Shown here: positions 1 through 10,410 of the stretch, piece by piece
Position numbering within the stretch: position 1 is the first letter of the stretch
How the letters are laid out: the number at the start of each line of letters is the position of its first letter
DNA from: Planctomycetota bacterium
GTDB taxonomy: Bacteria > Planctomycetota > UBA1135 > UBA2386
Reading direction: 5' to 3'
DNA length: 64,000 nucleotides
NCBI GenBank assembly: GCA_965228735.1
Contig: OZ245838.1
Coordinates: 6,048,001 to 6,112,000, forward strand
Position numbers and translations under genes: made by a program
Notes under the pieces: model-generated
The model's input: only the letters and a program-made list of their open reading frames with translations
Told to the model about the DNA's origin: nothing
Database searches by the model: none

Positions 1-1
1 C

Positions 2-142
2 GCGTCGCTCGCCGATGTGGTCAAGCAGATGGCCGATATCCAGCTCAACCGGTCGTTGAGCGACGACGACGTCGCCGCGATCGTTGCGTTCCTCGAGGCG
101 CTCACGGGCGAGCTGCCGGCCGACATCGTCGGGCAGAAGTAG
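2..142 (+). CDS. 3' end of a probable di-heme cytochrome c peroxidase (partial, runs off window start)
   Basis: Frame from position 2 reads ASLADVVKQMADIQLNRSLSDDDVAAIVAFLEALTGELP...*, matching the typical CcpA/MauG C-terminus (..MA..QL...L.......IVAFL..LTGE). Confidence 0.7.
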   Translation, partial: ASLADVVKQMADIQLNRSLSDDDVAAIVAFLEALTGELPADIVGQK

Positions 143-172
143 TTCTGCCCGCGGCTGGGCGTCCGCCGCCGG

Positions 173-1951
173 TCAGCGCCGCACGATGAGCTGCACGCCG
201 TTCGTCGGCGTCAGCGTGCCCGACGTCGCGCCGAAGACGAACGCCTGCAGATACAGGCGGGTGCCGTGCCACGCCACTGCTGGCGGGATCGTCACTGTCT
301 CCGACGCCGTGCTGCCGTTCCAGAAGCCGATCGAGAGCGGCGATGACGGCGTTCCGAGCAGGTAGCGCCCGCTGAACGGTGCTGGCATCGGCACGTTGTC
401 GGGGTCGAGGCTGCCGACGAACGCGTAGAGATCGCCGTTCTGCACGGGGAACCGCGGGTCCAGATCGATGAAGCAGGTCGTGCCGGTCCGCGGCTCGTTG
501 CGCACCGTGAGGCCGTTCTCGAGTCCGGCGGCCGCGAGCATCGCCGCGGTGTCCGGGCGCCGCGCGATGCCGCTGACCTGCGGGCCGTGGGCCCGCAGCA
601 GCGCGCGGATCGCGAACATGTCCATCGCGGCCGCGGCCGCCGGCTCGAGCTGGGAGCGCGCCGCGCCGAGCATCGCGGTCACCGCGCCGGTGACGATGGG
701 GGTCGCGGACGACGTGCCGCTGAAGCTGTCCGTGTAGCGCTGCCGCACATCGCCCGGATCGAACAAGCTGCCGTAGCCCGTCGTCGCGACGGAACCGCCC
801 CAGCCGTTGGCGTCGATGCGGCTGCCGTAGCAGCTGAAGCCGGCGCGCGACAGCGGACCGCCGAGGCTCGCGCCGACGATGATCGCGCCCGAGTCGCGCA
901 CGTTGAGGTTGAACAGTCCGCCGAGCGACGGCGAGTCGAGGTTGACGCCGCCGTTGCCGGCCGCTTCGACGGTCACGATGCCGAGCCCCGTCGCGATCAG
1001 GATCGCGTCGAAGTCGGCCTGGTTCCACTCGGTCGGCCCGAGGCCGAGCGGCGTGCCGGTCTGCGCCTCGAGCACCATCACGTCGCCTGCCGTGAGCACG
1101 GGCAGGCCGACGGCGATCGCGTTCGCGACGCTGTAGCCCGACGCCGGGAAGTCGGTCGCGACCCGGATGTCGACGTCGGGGTTGAAGCCCGTGACGCCGT
1201 AGATGTCGTAGTCGGCCGCGATCTCGCCCATGACGGCGGTGCCGTGGTTGTTGAAGCTCGGGTTGGCGATCGGTGGGCCGACGAGCGCGCTGGCCACGAG
1301 CTCGCGGATGTCCTCGTGATCGAAGTTCCAGCCCCATTCGATGTCGAGCACGGTGATGCCCGCGCCGGTCGCGCCCAGCGAGGATGCGATCGCATGGCCG
1401 TCGATGCCGTTCGGGGAGCTGTCGCGGTAGCCCTGTTGGATCGTGAAGTCCGGGGTCGGCGGGAAGATGTCACCAGGTGGGGGCGTGGGCAGCTCGCGCG
1501 GGTATGCCAGTTCGACCGCCGCCAGTTCGTTGAGCCGCGCCGTGAGCTCGCGGGTCGCCGCGCCGCCCGTCGTGTGGACCTGGAAGTAGAGCCCGAGGTC
1601 GACCGGCGGGCGCTGCCCGGGCGGCGTGCGCGCGAGCTGGCGGGCGCGGATCGCGCGCAGCTCGGCTGCGAGGCCCGGGAAGAACGAGCCGACCTGGCGG
1701 CCGCCGATCACGGCGAGGACGTCGGGCGCGACGATCCTGCCGTCCGCGACGAGCTCGGGGCGGCCTTCCGCGAGCTTCAGCACGACGCGGTCCTGCCCGA
1801 TCGTCGCGGGCAGAGCGTTGGCCATCGCCTTCGGCATGACTCCGCGGACCGGCAGCCCGGTCGCGATGGCGGCGGACTCGGGCGGGGGTGGTAGCTGCGG
1901 CGCGAGCAGGGCGCTGCCGAGGGTCAGACTGAGAACGGCAGAGAGCGTCAT
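173..1951 (-). CDS. Secreted S8 (subtilisin-like) serine peptidase with C-terminal putative sorting domain
   Basis: Signal peptide; catalytic motifs VLDIEWG, NHGTAV, AAGNG, FSGTSSATP. Confidence 0.9.
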   Translation of the reverse strand: MTLSAVLSLTLGSALLAPQLPPPPESAAIATGLPVRGVMPKAMANALPATIGQDRVVLKLAEGRPELVADGRIVAPDVLAVIGGRQVGSFFPGLAAELRAIRARQLARTPPGQRPPVDLGLYFQVHTTGGAATRELTARLNELAAVELAYPRELPTPPPGDIFPPTPDFTIQQGYRDSSPNGIDGHAIASSLGATGAGITVLDIEWGWNFDHEDIRELVASALVGPPIANPSFNNHGTAVMGEIAADYDIYGVTGFNPDVDIRVATDFPASGYSVANAIAVGLPVLTAGDVMVLEAQTGTPLGLGPTEWNQADFDAILIATGLGIVTVEAAGNGGVNLDSPSLGGLFNLNVRDSGAIIVGASLGGPLSRAGFSCYGSRIDANGWGGSVATTGYGSLFDPGDVRQRYTDSFSGTSSATPIVTGAVTAMLGAARSQLEPAAAAAMDMFAIRALLRAHGPQVSGIARRPDTAAMLAAAGLENGLTVRNEPRTGTTCFIDLDPRFPVQNGDLYAFVGSLDPDNVPMPAPFSGRYLLGTPSSPLSIGFWNGSTASETVTIPPAVAWHGTRLYLQAFVFGATSGTLTPTNGVQLIVRR

Positions 1952-2004
1952 CGGGACTCCTTGGGCCGAATCGGTAGGGGCCGGTCGTGGGGGCGGCGAT
2001 GCTA

Positions 2005-3795
2005 CTACGCGACGTCGCTGATGTGGGCGAGCATCCGGGCGTAGGCGCCGTTCCTGGCCACGAGTTGCCGATGCGTGCCGGCCTCCGTGATCGCGCCGTG
2101 CTCGAGCACGAGGATCTGGTCGGCATCGCGCACCGTGGAGAGTCGGTGGGCGACGACGATCGCGGTGCGGCCGCGCAGCAGCACGGCGAGCGCGCGCTGG
2201 AGCCGCGCCTCGGATTCGCTGTCGATGCTCGCCGTGGCTTCGTCGAGCAGCAGCACATCCGGATCGACGACGAGGGCCCGGGCGAAAGCGAGCAGTTGGC
2301 GTTCACCCTGGGAGAACGTCGCGCCGCGTTCTTGCACCTGGGTCCTCAGACCGTCCGGCAGCGCGTCGACGAAACGGTCGGCGCCGACGGTGGCGAGTGC
2401 CTGCTGCACCCGTTCCTCGGAGATCGTCGGGTCGAACAGCCGGACGTTGTCGAGCACGGTGCCCGTGAAGAGGAACAGGTCCTGCGCCACGAACGCGATC
2501 CGTTGCCGCAGCTGGGTCGGATCGAGGTCGCGGACGTCGACGTCGTCGACCTCGACGCGGCCGCCAGTGGTGTCGCGCAGGCGTGAGATGAGCGCGAGCA
2601 GCGTCGACTTGCCCGCCCCGGTTGGCCCGACGACGGCGACGGTCTGGCCCGGCTCGACCGTGAAGTCGACGCCGCGCAGGACCGGTTCGTTCTCGAGGTA
2701 GGCGAAGTCGACGCCGGCGAAGCGGATGCGCGCCGCGCCGCGGCGGGTCGTCGGCAGGGCGCGGCCGCCCGCCGGCGGGAACGTCGGTTCGTCGAGGATC
2801 TGGAAGACGCGTTCGCAGCTCGCGAACGCGGCCTGCAGCACGTTGTACTTCTCGCCGAGCTGTCGGATCGGCGCGGTCAGCAGCTGGTAGCAGAGCCAGA
2901 ACTGCACGAACTGCCCGGGCAGGAGCGTGCCGGCGAGCACGGCGCTGCCGCCGAACCACAGCAGCCCGACCGTCGTCGCGCGCATCGCGAGGTCGATGAG
3001 CGAGAAGAAGATCGAGAAGTGCAGCACCGCACCGCGCCAGGCGTTGGCCGTCTCGCGGTTGCGCTCGCGGTAGCGCGTTGCGATCGCGGTTTCGCGGCCG
3101 AACGCGCGGGTCGTCGCAGCACCGCCGATGAGCTCCGCCGTGTACGCGTTCTGCAGCGCGAGGCGGCTGCGGACGGCGCGATAGGCCTGCTCGGCGCGCT
3201 TCCGAAACAGCAGGCTGATGACGAGCAGGATCGGCGTGGTCGCGATCGTGAAGAACGCGAGTGCCGGGTCGAGGAAGAACAGCACGACGACGACGCCGCC
3301 GATCTTCATCAGGTCGAAGACCGACTGCAGCACGCCGGTCGCGATCAGCTCGTTGAGGTTCTCGACGTCGCTCGTGATGCGCGTCGTGAGCTTGCCGGCC
3401 GGGTTCTTCTCGTGATAGCCGAGGCGCGTCCGGAGCAGGTGGTCGAACAGGTGGCGGCGCACGTCGCGGATCACGCGCTGCCCGTTCCACGCCGTCAGCA
3501 GGCCGTAGACGTAGCCGAGCAGCGCGCCGCCGCCGATCGTCGCGGCGAAGCCGATGCCGAGCCAGATGAGCGACTGCAGCCGATCGTCCGTCGGCAGCGA
3601 GTCGTCGCGCATCGGGCCGTCGATCGCGAGCCGCAGCAGGTAGGGGCCGAGCAACTCGAGGACGAACGAGACGACGAGGATGCCGAGGCAGGCGAGGAAG
3701 CCGCGACGGTAGGGCCGCACGAACGGCCAGAGCCGCCGCAGGAACGTGAACGAGAACCGCCCCTCGGGCGCGTCGTCGAGGTAGGGGTCGCTCAC
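2005..3795 (-). CDS. ABC exporter fused permease/ATPase (MdlB-like half)
   Basis: TM domain, Walker A GPTGAGKS, FSQGERQ signature, LLLDEATA, AHRLS. Confidence 0.92.
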   Translation of the reverse strand: MSDPYLDDAPEGRFSFTFLRRLWPFVRPYRRGFLACLGILVVSFVLELLGPYLLRLAIDGPMRDDSLPTDDRLQSLIWLGIGFAATIGGGALLGYVYGLLTAWNGQRVIRDVRRHLFDHLLRTRLGYHEKNPAGKLTTRITSDVENLNELIATGVLQSVFDLMKIGGVVVVLFFLDPALAFFTIATTPILLVISLLFRKRAEQAYRAVRSRLALQNAYTAELIGGAATTRAFGRETAIATRYRERNRETANAWRGAVLHFSIFFSLIDLAMRATTVGLLWFGGSAVLAGTLLPGQFVQFWLCYQLLTAPIRQLGEKYNVLQAAFASCERVFQILDEPTFPPAGGRALPTTRRGAARIRFAGVDFAYLENEPVLRGVDFTVEPGQTVAVVGPTGAGKSTLLALISRLRDTTGGRVEVDDVDVRDLDPTQLRQRIAFVAQDLFLFTGTVLDNVRLFDPTISEERVQQALATVGADRFVDALPDGLRTQVQERGATFSQGERQLLAFARALVVDPDVLLLDEATASIDSESEARLQRALAVLLRGRTAIVVAHRLSTVRDADQILVLEHGAITEAGTHRQLVARNGAYARMLAHISDVA

Positions 3796-5684
3796 GCGTC
3801 GCCCTCCGGCAGCCCGCCGCCGTCGCTGCTGTCGCCGTCACCGCCCTCGCCCGTGAGCGCCGCGGCCTCCGCCTGCAGCTGCCATGCGGCAGCGTAGGGC
3901 CCGGCTCGTTGCAGGAGCTCGGCGTGGGTGCCACGTTCGCGCACCGTACCGTCCGCGAGGACGAGGATGACGTCCGCATCGGCGACGACCGACAGGCGAT
4001 GGCTCGCGGCGACGACCGTGCGCGCGCGGCGTTCGGTCTCGAGGCCGCGCAGGATGCGCCGTTCGGTGCCGGGGTCGACCGCGGAGAGGGTGTCGTCGAG
4101 CAGCAGTCCCGGGCGGTCGCTGAGCAGGGCGCGCGCCAGCGAGACGCGCTGCTTCTGGCCGCCCGACAGCGTGACGCCGCGTTCGCCGACGAGCGTGTCG
4201 AGCCCCGCGGTGAACTGCGGCAGGTCCTGGTCGAGCGCCGCGGCGGCCACGGCGGCGTCCTTCGCGTCATCGAGCGCGACGTCGGCGCCGTGGTTCTCGG
4301 GGCCCTGGCCGGCGTCCGCGCCGAAGGCGACGTTGTTGCCGATCGTGTCGGAGAACAAGAACGGCTCCTGCGCCGCGAGCGCGAATCGCGCACGCACGAC
4401 GGCCGGCGACAGATCGAGGATGTCGTGGTCGTCGACGAACATCGTGCCGCGCGGCGGGTCGTAGAGCCGCATGAGCAGCGCGAGGAGCGTCGACTTGCCG
4501 CTGCCGACGGGGCCGACGAGGCCGAGCTTCTGGCCGGGTTCGAGCACGAACGACACGTCGTCGAGTGCGGGTCGGCTCGCGCCGTCGTAGCGGAACGTCA
4601 GGTGCTCGACCCGCAGCCGGCCGACGAGCTCCGGCGCGATGCCGGTCGCGACCTCGGGCTCGACCTCGAACAGTTCCGCGATGCGGGTGGCGCCGGCATA
4701 GGCGCGCGGCAGCATCGCGAGCGTCCACCCGAGGATCTCGAGCGGGAACGTCATCAGCGCGAGGTAGCCGATGAACTGGAACAGCTCCCCGACCGACAGC
4801 CGGCCGTGGATCGCCTCGTAGCCGCCGACCGCGAGCACGCTGAGGAGCACCGCGCCGCTGGTCGTGTGGGTCAGGGCGTTGAGCGCCGAGCGCAGCCGCA
4901 CGAGTCTCAGGTTGGCCAGCAGGTAACGCCGGTTCTTCGTGGCCATCGCGGCGCGTTCGCGTTCGACGCGCGCGAACTGGTGCACGACGCGGATGCCGGC
5001 GAAGTCCTCCTGCGCCTGCTGCGAGATCTCGGCGACGGCCTCCTGCGACTTCTTGCTCCAGCGGTGCAGCCGCGGCATCACCGCGCGGAACGCGAGCAGC
5101 AAGACGCCGAACACGCCGGCGGCCGCGAGGGTCACGGGCACGTTCATCGACGCCATGAGCCAGGCGCCGGCCGGCAGCACGAGCAGCGCGTTGCCGCCGT
5201 GCAGCAGCAACGGCCCCATGACGAACCGCACGAGCTCGGCGTCCTGGGTCAGCCGGCTCACGATGTCGCCCGTTCGTGACCGGTCGAACCAGGTCATCGG
5301 CAGCCGCTGGAGGTGGTCGACGAGGTCGTTCTTGAGGTCCTCCTCGACGTGGCGCGAGACGTCGATGAGGAGGCGCCGCGAGATGAATCGGCTGCCCGCT
5401 TCCGCCACGCCGAGGCCCAGCAACAGGAGACAGGTCGCGGCCAGGGCGTCGCGGCCCGCGCTCGATTCGCTAGAGACCTCGCGCTCGAGCAGATCGAGCG
5501 TCTCGCCGATCAGCGCCGGCATCCACAGCGTCACGGCGGCGTGAACGGGGACGAACAGCATGCCGATGACGACTTGGAGCCGGTGCTGCCAGAGCAGCCG
5601 CAGCGGGCGGCCGAAGGCGCGGCGCCAGCGCCGAGAGGTCGGTGGCGCCGCGCTCTGGTCGGGGTCGGTCGTCGGGCTGGCCAC
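3792..5684 (-). CDS. ABC exporter fused permease/ATPase (MdlA-like half of a heterodimer)
   Basis: GPVGSGKS, LSGGQKQR, degenerate Walker B LLLDDT, SHRLS; ends overlapping the partner gene; GTG start at 5684 is inferred. Confidence 0.9.
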   Translation of the reverse strand: MASPTTDPDQSAAPPTSRRWRRAFGRPLRLLWQHRLQVVIGMLFVPVHAAVTLWMPALIGETLDLLEREVSSESSAGRDALAATCLLLLGLGVAEAGSRFISRRLLIDVSRHVEEDLKNDLVDHLQRLPMTWFDRSRTGDIVSRLTQDAELVRFVMGPLLLHGGNALLVLPAGAWLMASMNVPVTLAAAGVFGVLLLAFRAVMPRLHRWSKKSQEAVAEISQQAQEDFAGIRVVHQFARVERERAAMATKNRRYLLANLRLVRLRSALNALTHTTSGAVLLSVLAVGGYEAIHGRLSVGELFQFIGYLALMTFPLEILGWTLAMLPRAYAGATRIAELFEVEPEVATGIAPELVGRLRVEHLTFRYDGASRPALDDVSFVLEPGQKLGLVGPVGSGKSTLLALLMRLYDPPRGTMFVDDHDILDLSPAVVRARFALAAQEPFLFSDTIGNNVAFGADAGQGPENHGADVALDDAKDAAVAAAALDQDLPQFTAGLDTLVGERGVTLSGGQKQRVSLARALLSDRPGLLLDDTLSAVDPGTERRILRGLETERRARTVVAASHRLSVVADADVILVLADGTVRERGTHAELLQRAGPYAAAWQLQAEAAALTGEGGDGDSSDGGGLPEGDA

Positions 5685-5866
5685 TGTGCACAGCATCGAC
5701 GGGCAGCACCGGTGTTGCAAACTCCGACAGCGGCAGCTCGCCCGCGCGGAGCGCGTTCGTGCCTCGTTCTGAGACGAGCCCGGGGTTCCGCAGAACCCGG
5801 AGGCAGGGAAATGCCGATAGGCCGCGAACACCTATTCCGGGATGTCCCCGTCAGGAGTGTCTGCGA

Positions 5867-8800
5867 ATGCGTACTTATCGAGCCGGTCAGAAGGAGGCGG
5901 GCTTCACGTTCGCCGAGGTGGCGTTCAGCATGTTGATCCTCGTGATCGGCGCTGCGGTGCTGATCAACCACCTCGCGGTCAACTACCAAGCCACCAAGAC
6001 CGAGCGTGACAAGGTCTTCGCCTACGCGAAGGCCCAGGCCATCCTCGCCGAGATCCAGAACCTCGTCGACCGCGGCGGCGTCGACTCGGCGGTCGACCTC
6101 GACGTGCTCGACGATGGCGTGGTCAGCAAGAACACGCTGACGATCACGGAGGACGGCTCCGGCAACCTGGTGCTGCCCGACCACGTGCTGTCGGGCAACT
6201 ACCAGCGCTACGAGAACTGGATCTGGTCCCGCCGCATCTCGGTGCAGCCGTTCAGCGGCGTGGACAACCGGAACGTGCGCTACGTGACCGTGACGATCTT
6301 CCGGCGCGACCAGGACGGCAACGAGACCGCGATGGCGGACCTGTCGTCGGTCATCAACTCGGCGGCGGTGGCCTACCCGACGACGCAGGTGTTCGACGTC
6401 TACCTCCTGGCCGTCGAGAACATCCCGGGCTGGTGGGTCTACATGGACACCATCAAGCCGTTCGTCGAGTCGATGATCACCGACCTCGAGAGCCGCAACC
6501 CGGGGCTCGAGTACCGGACGCACTGGATCACGAAGGCCGCGTTCGGCCGCAACCAGGGCTACCGGCCGTTCATCAACGACGCGGTCGACAGCTACGACCC
6601 GATCGCCGACGTCTACCACTACCCGGGCACGATGCCGTCCGGGTCGTCGTCCGTGTACTACTACGTGCCGGACAACTTCAACGGGTACGTCAACCTCGAC
6701 GGCGTCGCGACCAACGGCTACGACGCGACCGACAATCCGGTTCCGTACGCGCTCGCGGACTTCTTCAACCACGCGATGCGCTACCCCGACGAGCTGGAGC
6801 TCTGGGAGCGTCGCGTCGCGGCGATCGAGCAGCGCGAGGCGGACATCGCGGCGGCGATCCTCGCGGGCACGACGCCCCCGGACGAGCTCGACGACATGTC
6901 GAAGGAGCCGACGCTGCGCCTGTTCCTCGAGGACCTCAACACGGACCCCGACAAGTACCGCAACGCGCTCGTCATCAACCTCCACGGCGAGCTCCTGCCG
7001 ATGCCCGCGCTGCGCAACTACAGCGATGCGGCGCGCGTCCCGGACGTGCTGCCGAACATCCGCGCCGTGACGCACCCCGAGCAGCTGCGGACCCTGCGTG
7101 ACCCGGTGACGCCGAGCTCGAGCGATGTGGTCTCGCTGCGTGTCTACGCCTACCACGACGATCCGAGCTACAGCGGCGACGACCGCATCTGGTACGACCC
7201 GGGTGCCGGCAAGAACAACTACATCGTGCTCGAGATCCCGGGCCTCGACATCGTCGACAACTCGACGTACGAGCTCGATCCGTCCGCCCGGCTCTTCAAC
7301 GTGCACGGCGGCGTGCCGTGGGGCTTCGCCGGCACGACCGACTACGACCTGAACTGGCAGCCCGCGGTCCACTTCGACGACCCGGCGCGCGAGCCGGGCC
7401 AGATGTGGTACTTCGCGTACCTCGCGGTCGACCCGGAGGGTGGCCCGCCGGTCAGCCGCATCCTGCTCGGCAACACGCCGGTCATCTGCCCGCTGGACAG
7501 CAACAACCGCGGGCTCGCGGCGACGGACCGAGCGATGCCGTACGGCATGCCCTACGTGCCGTGCTCGATCGAGACGTCGCCGGCATTCGACACGGACCTG
7601 ACGACGATCGGCGCCGTCGGGCCGAAGAACACCGCGCGCTGGAACCTCCAGATCTCGCCGGACGTGCTGACCAACTCGTCGTTCGTCAACCAGTCGGGGG
7701 TCTACTACAACCCGCCGGGTGACGTCCAGCTCGAGGTCCGGACCTACATCTACGCGGGCTCGTACGGGCCGGGCGTGATGTGGCCGGCCGCGTCGCGCGT
7801 GCAGCCCGACAACAAGTCCAAGACCTACACGTGGTGGGCCGACAGCGCCGAGGACGTGCCGTTCACCGAGCGGTCGCAGTTCAACGGCGACCCGCGGCAC
7901 ATGCCGTACGTGGACTGCATGACCGGGGCGACGGACTTCCCGGACGGCTACAACTGGTACTTCAACGATCTCGCCGCCGGTGGCAACGACGCCGCGCCGG
8001 ACTTCCCGTCGATCGACGACGCCCGCCTGCGTGATCGCTGGAACGGTTCGATGTCGTGTGACGTGCCGCGCTACATGCAACTGCTGCGCCGGGGGCTCGC
8101 GCGGAGTTCGTGCGTCTACACGACGTTGACGGGCTATTCGTACTACTACCTCGGGATCGGCAACGACATCGGCTACGACAGCGCGAACGGCTACCCGAGC
8201 TCGATTCCGCTCAACATGACCCCGCACGGCGGGACTGGCAACGGCTACCTCAACACGATTACGAGCAGCCGGCGCTACGTTCGCTCCAACGACGCCACTC
8301 CGTGGTGGGGCATGCCGTGGCTCGGCGAGCTCTACCCGGACTCGGCACAGGCGACGTGGTTCGCGGAAGACGGTTCCGGCAACATGCGCGGCAACCTCGA
8401 CCCGGGCACGAGCGCGGGTGAGTTCTTCCAGACGCCCGTCGCGACGGCCTACGACCTCGGTACGCGCACCAGCTACGGCATCGACATCGTCTCCAACCAC
8501 CAGCGAACGTCGAGCCGCGGCTGCATCTGCTTCTTCAACATCGGGTCCGGTGGGTCGACGTTCGACCACGTTCCGAGTGGCGGCAACGGTAGCACGACGA
8601 CGATCGGCACCGAGGTCGCGACCAACTACAACATCGAGTTGGTCACGACCGCGCCGATCTCGCGTCCGTTCCGGTTGAACGACAACGCGTGGCCGGCCGA
8701 CGAGTGGAACTACAGTCCGTACACGAGCCGCAACACGGCTTCGCTCTACAAGGAGTACTTCACGCACGGTTCGGGCGTCGGCTCGGGCCTCGTGAAGCTC

Positions 8801-9370
8801 GTCGACAACGCCGGTACCGACGCGGCGTACATCGTCGTGAACGGCATCGACAAGACCGTTCAGTCGGGCACGTCGTTCATCGCCAAGTGGTCGGTGCTCA
8901 CGCTCACGCACTCGTTCTTCGAGGCGGGCGACACGGCGAACACGCTGCGCATCAACCAGCTGCCGCGGGTGGAGATCAACTACCCCAACGACATCACCGA
9001 GCTCGTCTCCGTGACGTCGATCGACGTCGTGTACGACGTCGAGTGGACGCGCTGGGACGGTGAGCCCTACACGCTCACCGGCACGTTCAGCGAGGACGAG
9101 TCGTTGCTCGAGTACGTGATCATGTACTCGCGCGACAACGGCGACACCTGGCTGCACGTGCAGGACAACGCCGTCGCGACCCCGGGCGAGCGCCCGACCA
9201 ACGCGACCTACCTCGAGCCCGACGTGTCGGTCGGCGAGGAGACCTACACCTGGCCGACACCGGCCAGCAACTTCCCAGAAGGCACGTACCTGCTCCGCAT
9301 CGACTGCTACCGGCAGGGCGCGCAGGTCCACTACGCCTACCACCAGACGAAGATCTACATCCAGCGATGA
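5867..9370 (+). CDS. Giant prepilin-type (type IV pilin/pseudopilin-like) protein, ~1167 aa
   Basis: AGGAG RBS then MRTYRAGQKEAG|FTFAEVAFSMLILVIG class III signal peptide (G-1, F+1, E+5); strong coding bias; Asp-box-like YSRDNGDTW near the C-terminus. Confidence 0.8.
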   Translation: MRTYRAGQKEAGFTFAEVAFSMLILVIGAAVLINHLAVNYQATKTERDKVFAYAKAQAILAEIQNLVDRGGVDSAVDLDVLDDGVVSKNTLTITEDGSGNLVLPDHVLSGNYQRYENWIWSRRISVQPFSGVDNRNVRYVTVTIFRRDQDGNETAMADLSSVINSAAVAYPTTQVFDVYLLAVENIPGWWVYMDTIKPFVESMITDLESRNPGLEYRTHWITKAAFGRNQGYRPFINDAVDSYDPIADVYHYPGTMPSGSSSVYYYVPDNFNGYVNLDGVATNGYDATDNPVPYALADFFNHAMRYPDELELWERRVAAIEQREADIAAAILAGTTPPDELDDMSKEPTLRLFLEDLNTDPDKYRNALVINLHGELLPMPALRNYSDAARVPDVLPNIRAVTHPEQLRTLRDPVTPSSSDVVSLRVYAYHDDPSYSGDDRIWYDPGAGKNNYIVLEIPGLDIVDNSTYELDPSARLFNVHGGVPWGFAGTTDYDLNWQPAVHFDDPAREPGQMWYFAYLAVDPEGGPPVSRILLGNTPVICPLDSNNRGLAATDRAMPYGMPYVPCSIETSPAFDTDLTTIGAVGPKNTARWNLQISPDVLTNSSFVNQSGVYYNPPGDVQLEVRTYIYAGSYGPGVMWPAASRVQPDNKSKTYTWWADSAEDVPFTERSQFNGDPRHMPYVDCMTGATDFPDGYNWYFNDLAAGGNDAAPDFPSIDDARLRDRWNGSMSCDVPRYMQLLRRGLARSSCVYTTLTGYSYYYLGIGNDIGYDSANGYPSSIPLNMTPHGGTGNGYLNTITSSRRYVRSNDATPWWGMPWLGELYPDSAQATWFAEDGSGNMRGNLDPGTSAGEFFQTPVATAYDLGTRTSYGIDIVSNHQRTSSRGCICFFNIGSGGSTFDHVPSGGNGSTTTIGTEVATNYNIELVTTAPISRPFRLNDNAWPADEWNYSPYTSRNTASLYKEYFTHGSGVGSGLVKLVDNAGTDAAYIVVNGIDKTVQSGTSFIAKWSVLTLTHSFFEAGDTANTLRINQLPRVEINYPNDITELVSVTSIDVVYDVEWTRWDGEPYTLTGTFSEDESLLEYVIMYSRDNGDTWLHVQDNAVATPGERPTNATYLEPDVSVGEETYTWPTPASNFPEGTYLLRIDCYRQGAQVHYAYHQTKIYIQR

Positions 9371-10410
9371 ACGTTCTCAGCTCACGCCAGATGCCCCGCG
9401 AGGGCGGCTTCTCCTTGCTGGAAGTCGTCATCGCGTCGGTGCTGCTCTTCGTCATGATCTACTCGGTGGCGAACCTGAGCCTCTCCGGGGCCGACGCCTC
9501 CGACCTTTCGCGACGGATGACGCGGTGCTCGGAGGTCTCGTCGGAGGTGCTCAACGACACACGCATCGAGCTCGTGTCGTCGGTGCGCCTCTTCGGCAAC
9601 AACACCGAGGGCAACGCCAACCTCGCGATCTTCGATCTGAGCGCGGCGCCGACGCCGCTCGACACGAGCATCCTGCCGACGATCTCCGCGACGGGCACGA
9701 TTCAGGCCGACACCGTCGGCAACGAGATCACGGGCAACTCGCTGTTCTTCGCGCGACTTGCGTGGACCGACCGATTCGTCTGCACGAGCGGCAACGAGTA
9801 CCTCGTCGACATCGTCCGCTGGGTTCATATCTACCTGACGCTCGAGGATGGCGGGCCGGTTCCCGGCAGCCCGCTCGGCCTCAACCTCGTGCGCGTCGTG
9901 AGCGAACCGATCGCGGACGCGGCGAGCGTCGACGAGATCACGGACTCGACGGACCAGGCCGAGGTCCTGCTCCATCTGCTCAACGCCACGCCGGATAGCA
10001 ACGGCGATACCCACGACCCGGTCGAGATCGTCTGGTCGCGCGGCGATCTGCCGAGCGTCACCGGCACGATTCGGCAGATCGACTCGGCGGACGGCTCGCT
10101 CAGTGACACCCCGCTGAGCGGCCGGGCCAACCCGTTCGAGGTCGAGCCGCGCGACGACGCGATCCAGGGCATGCTCTACTACCGTCACCACTCGGTGGCG
10201 TCGAACTACTCGCAGCCGAGCTACGGCGTCGCGACGTTCGGCATCCCGGACAACACGAACAACGGGTTCCCGCACGGCCTCGAGGTCCAGATCGTGGGCC
10301 CCAGTTCGGCCCGCCAGGTGATGATGCACCTGGTGCTTACTACGACGAACTCGCGCGGCCACCGGGCTTACACGGACACGACCGTCGTGGTGGACGCGCG
10401 GGAGATGTAG
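9367..10410 (+). CDS. Prepilin-type N-terminal cleavage/methylation domain protein (minor pilin-like), 347 aa
   Basis: REGG|FSLLEVVIASVLL motif; ATGA overlap with the upstream giant pilin. Confidence 0.85.
   Translation: MNVLSSRQMPREGGFSLLEVVIASVLLFVMIYSVANLSLSGADASDLSRRMTRCSEVSSEVLNDTRIELVSSVRLFGNNTEGNANLAIFDLSAAPTPLDTSILPTISATGTIQADTVGNEITGNSLFFARLAWTDRFVCTSGNEYLVDIVRWVHIYLTLEDGGPVPGSPLGLNLVRVVSEPIADAASVDEITDSTDQAEVLLHLLNATPDSNGDTHDPVEIVWSRGDLPSVTGTIRQIDSADGSLSDTPLSGRANPFEVEPRDDAIQGMLYYRHHSVASNYSQPSYGVATFGIPDNTNNGFPHGLEVQIVGPSSARQVMMHLVLTTTNSRGHRAYTDTTVVVDAREM

Noticed and set aside
5700..5860. Small hairpins upstream of the giant pilin as a possible cyclic-dinucleotide riboswitch
   Set aside because: Only short stems and no complete consensus of c-di-GMP or c-di-AMP riboswitches.
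5531..9343. 1270-aa antisense ORF, and similar long shadow ORFs (e.g. 14596-16746, 37268-39859, 41871-44522, 48478-51378)
   Set aside because: Arg/Val/Ala-rich, no motifs, and antisense to well-supported genes; expected from high-GC codon bias.
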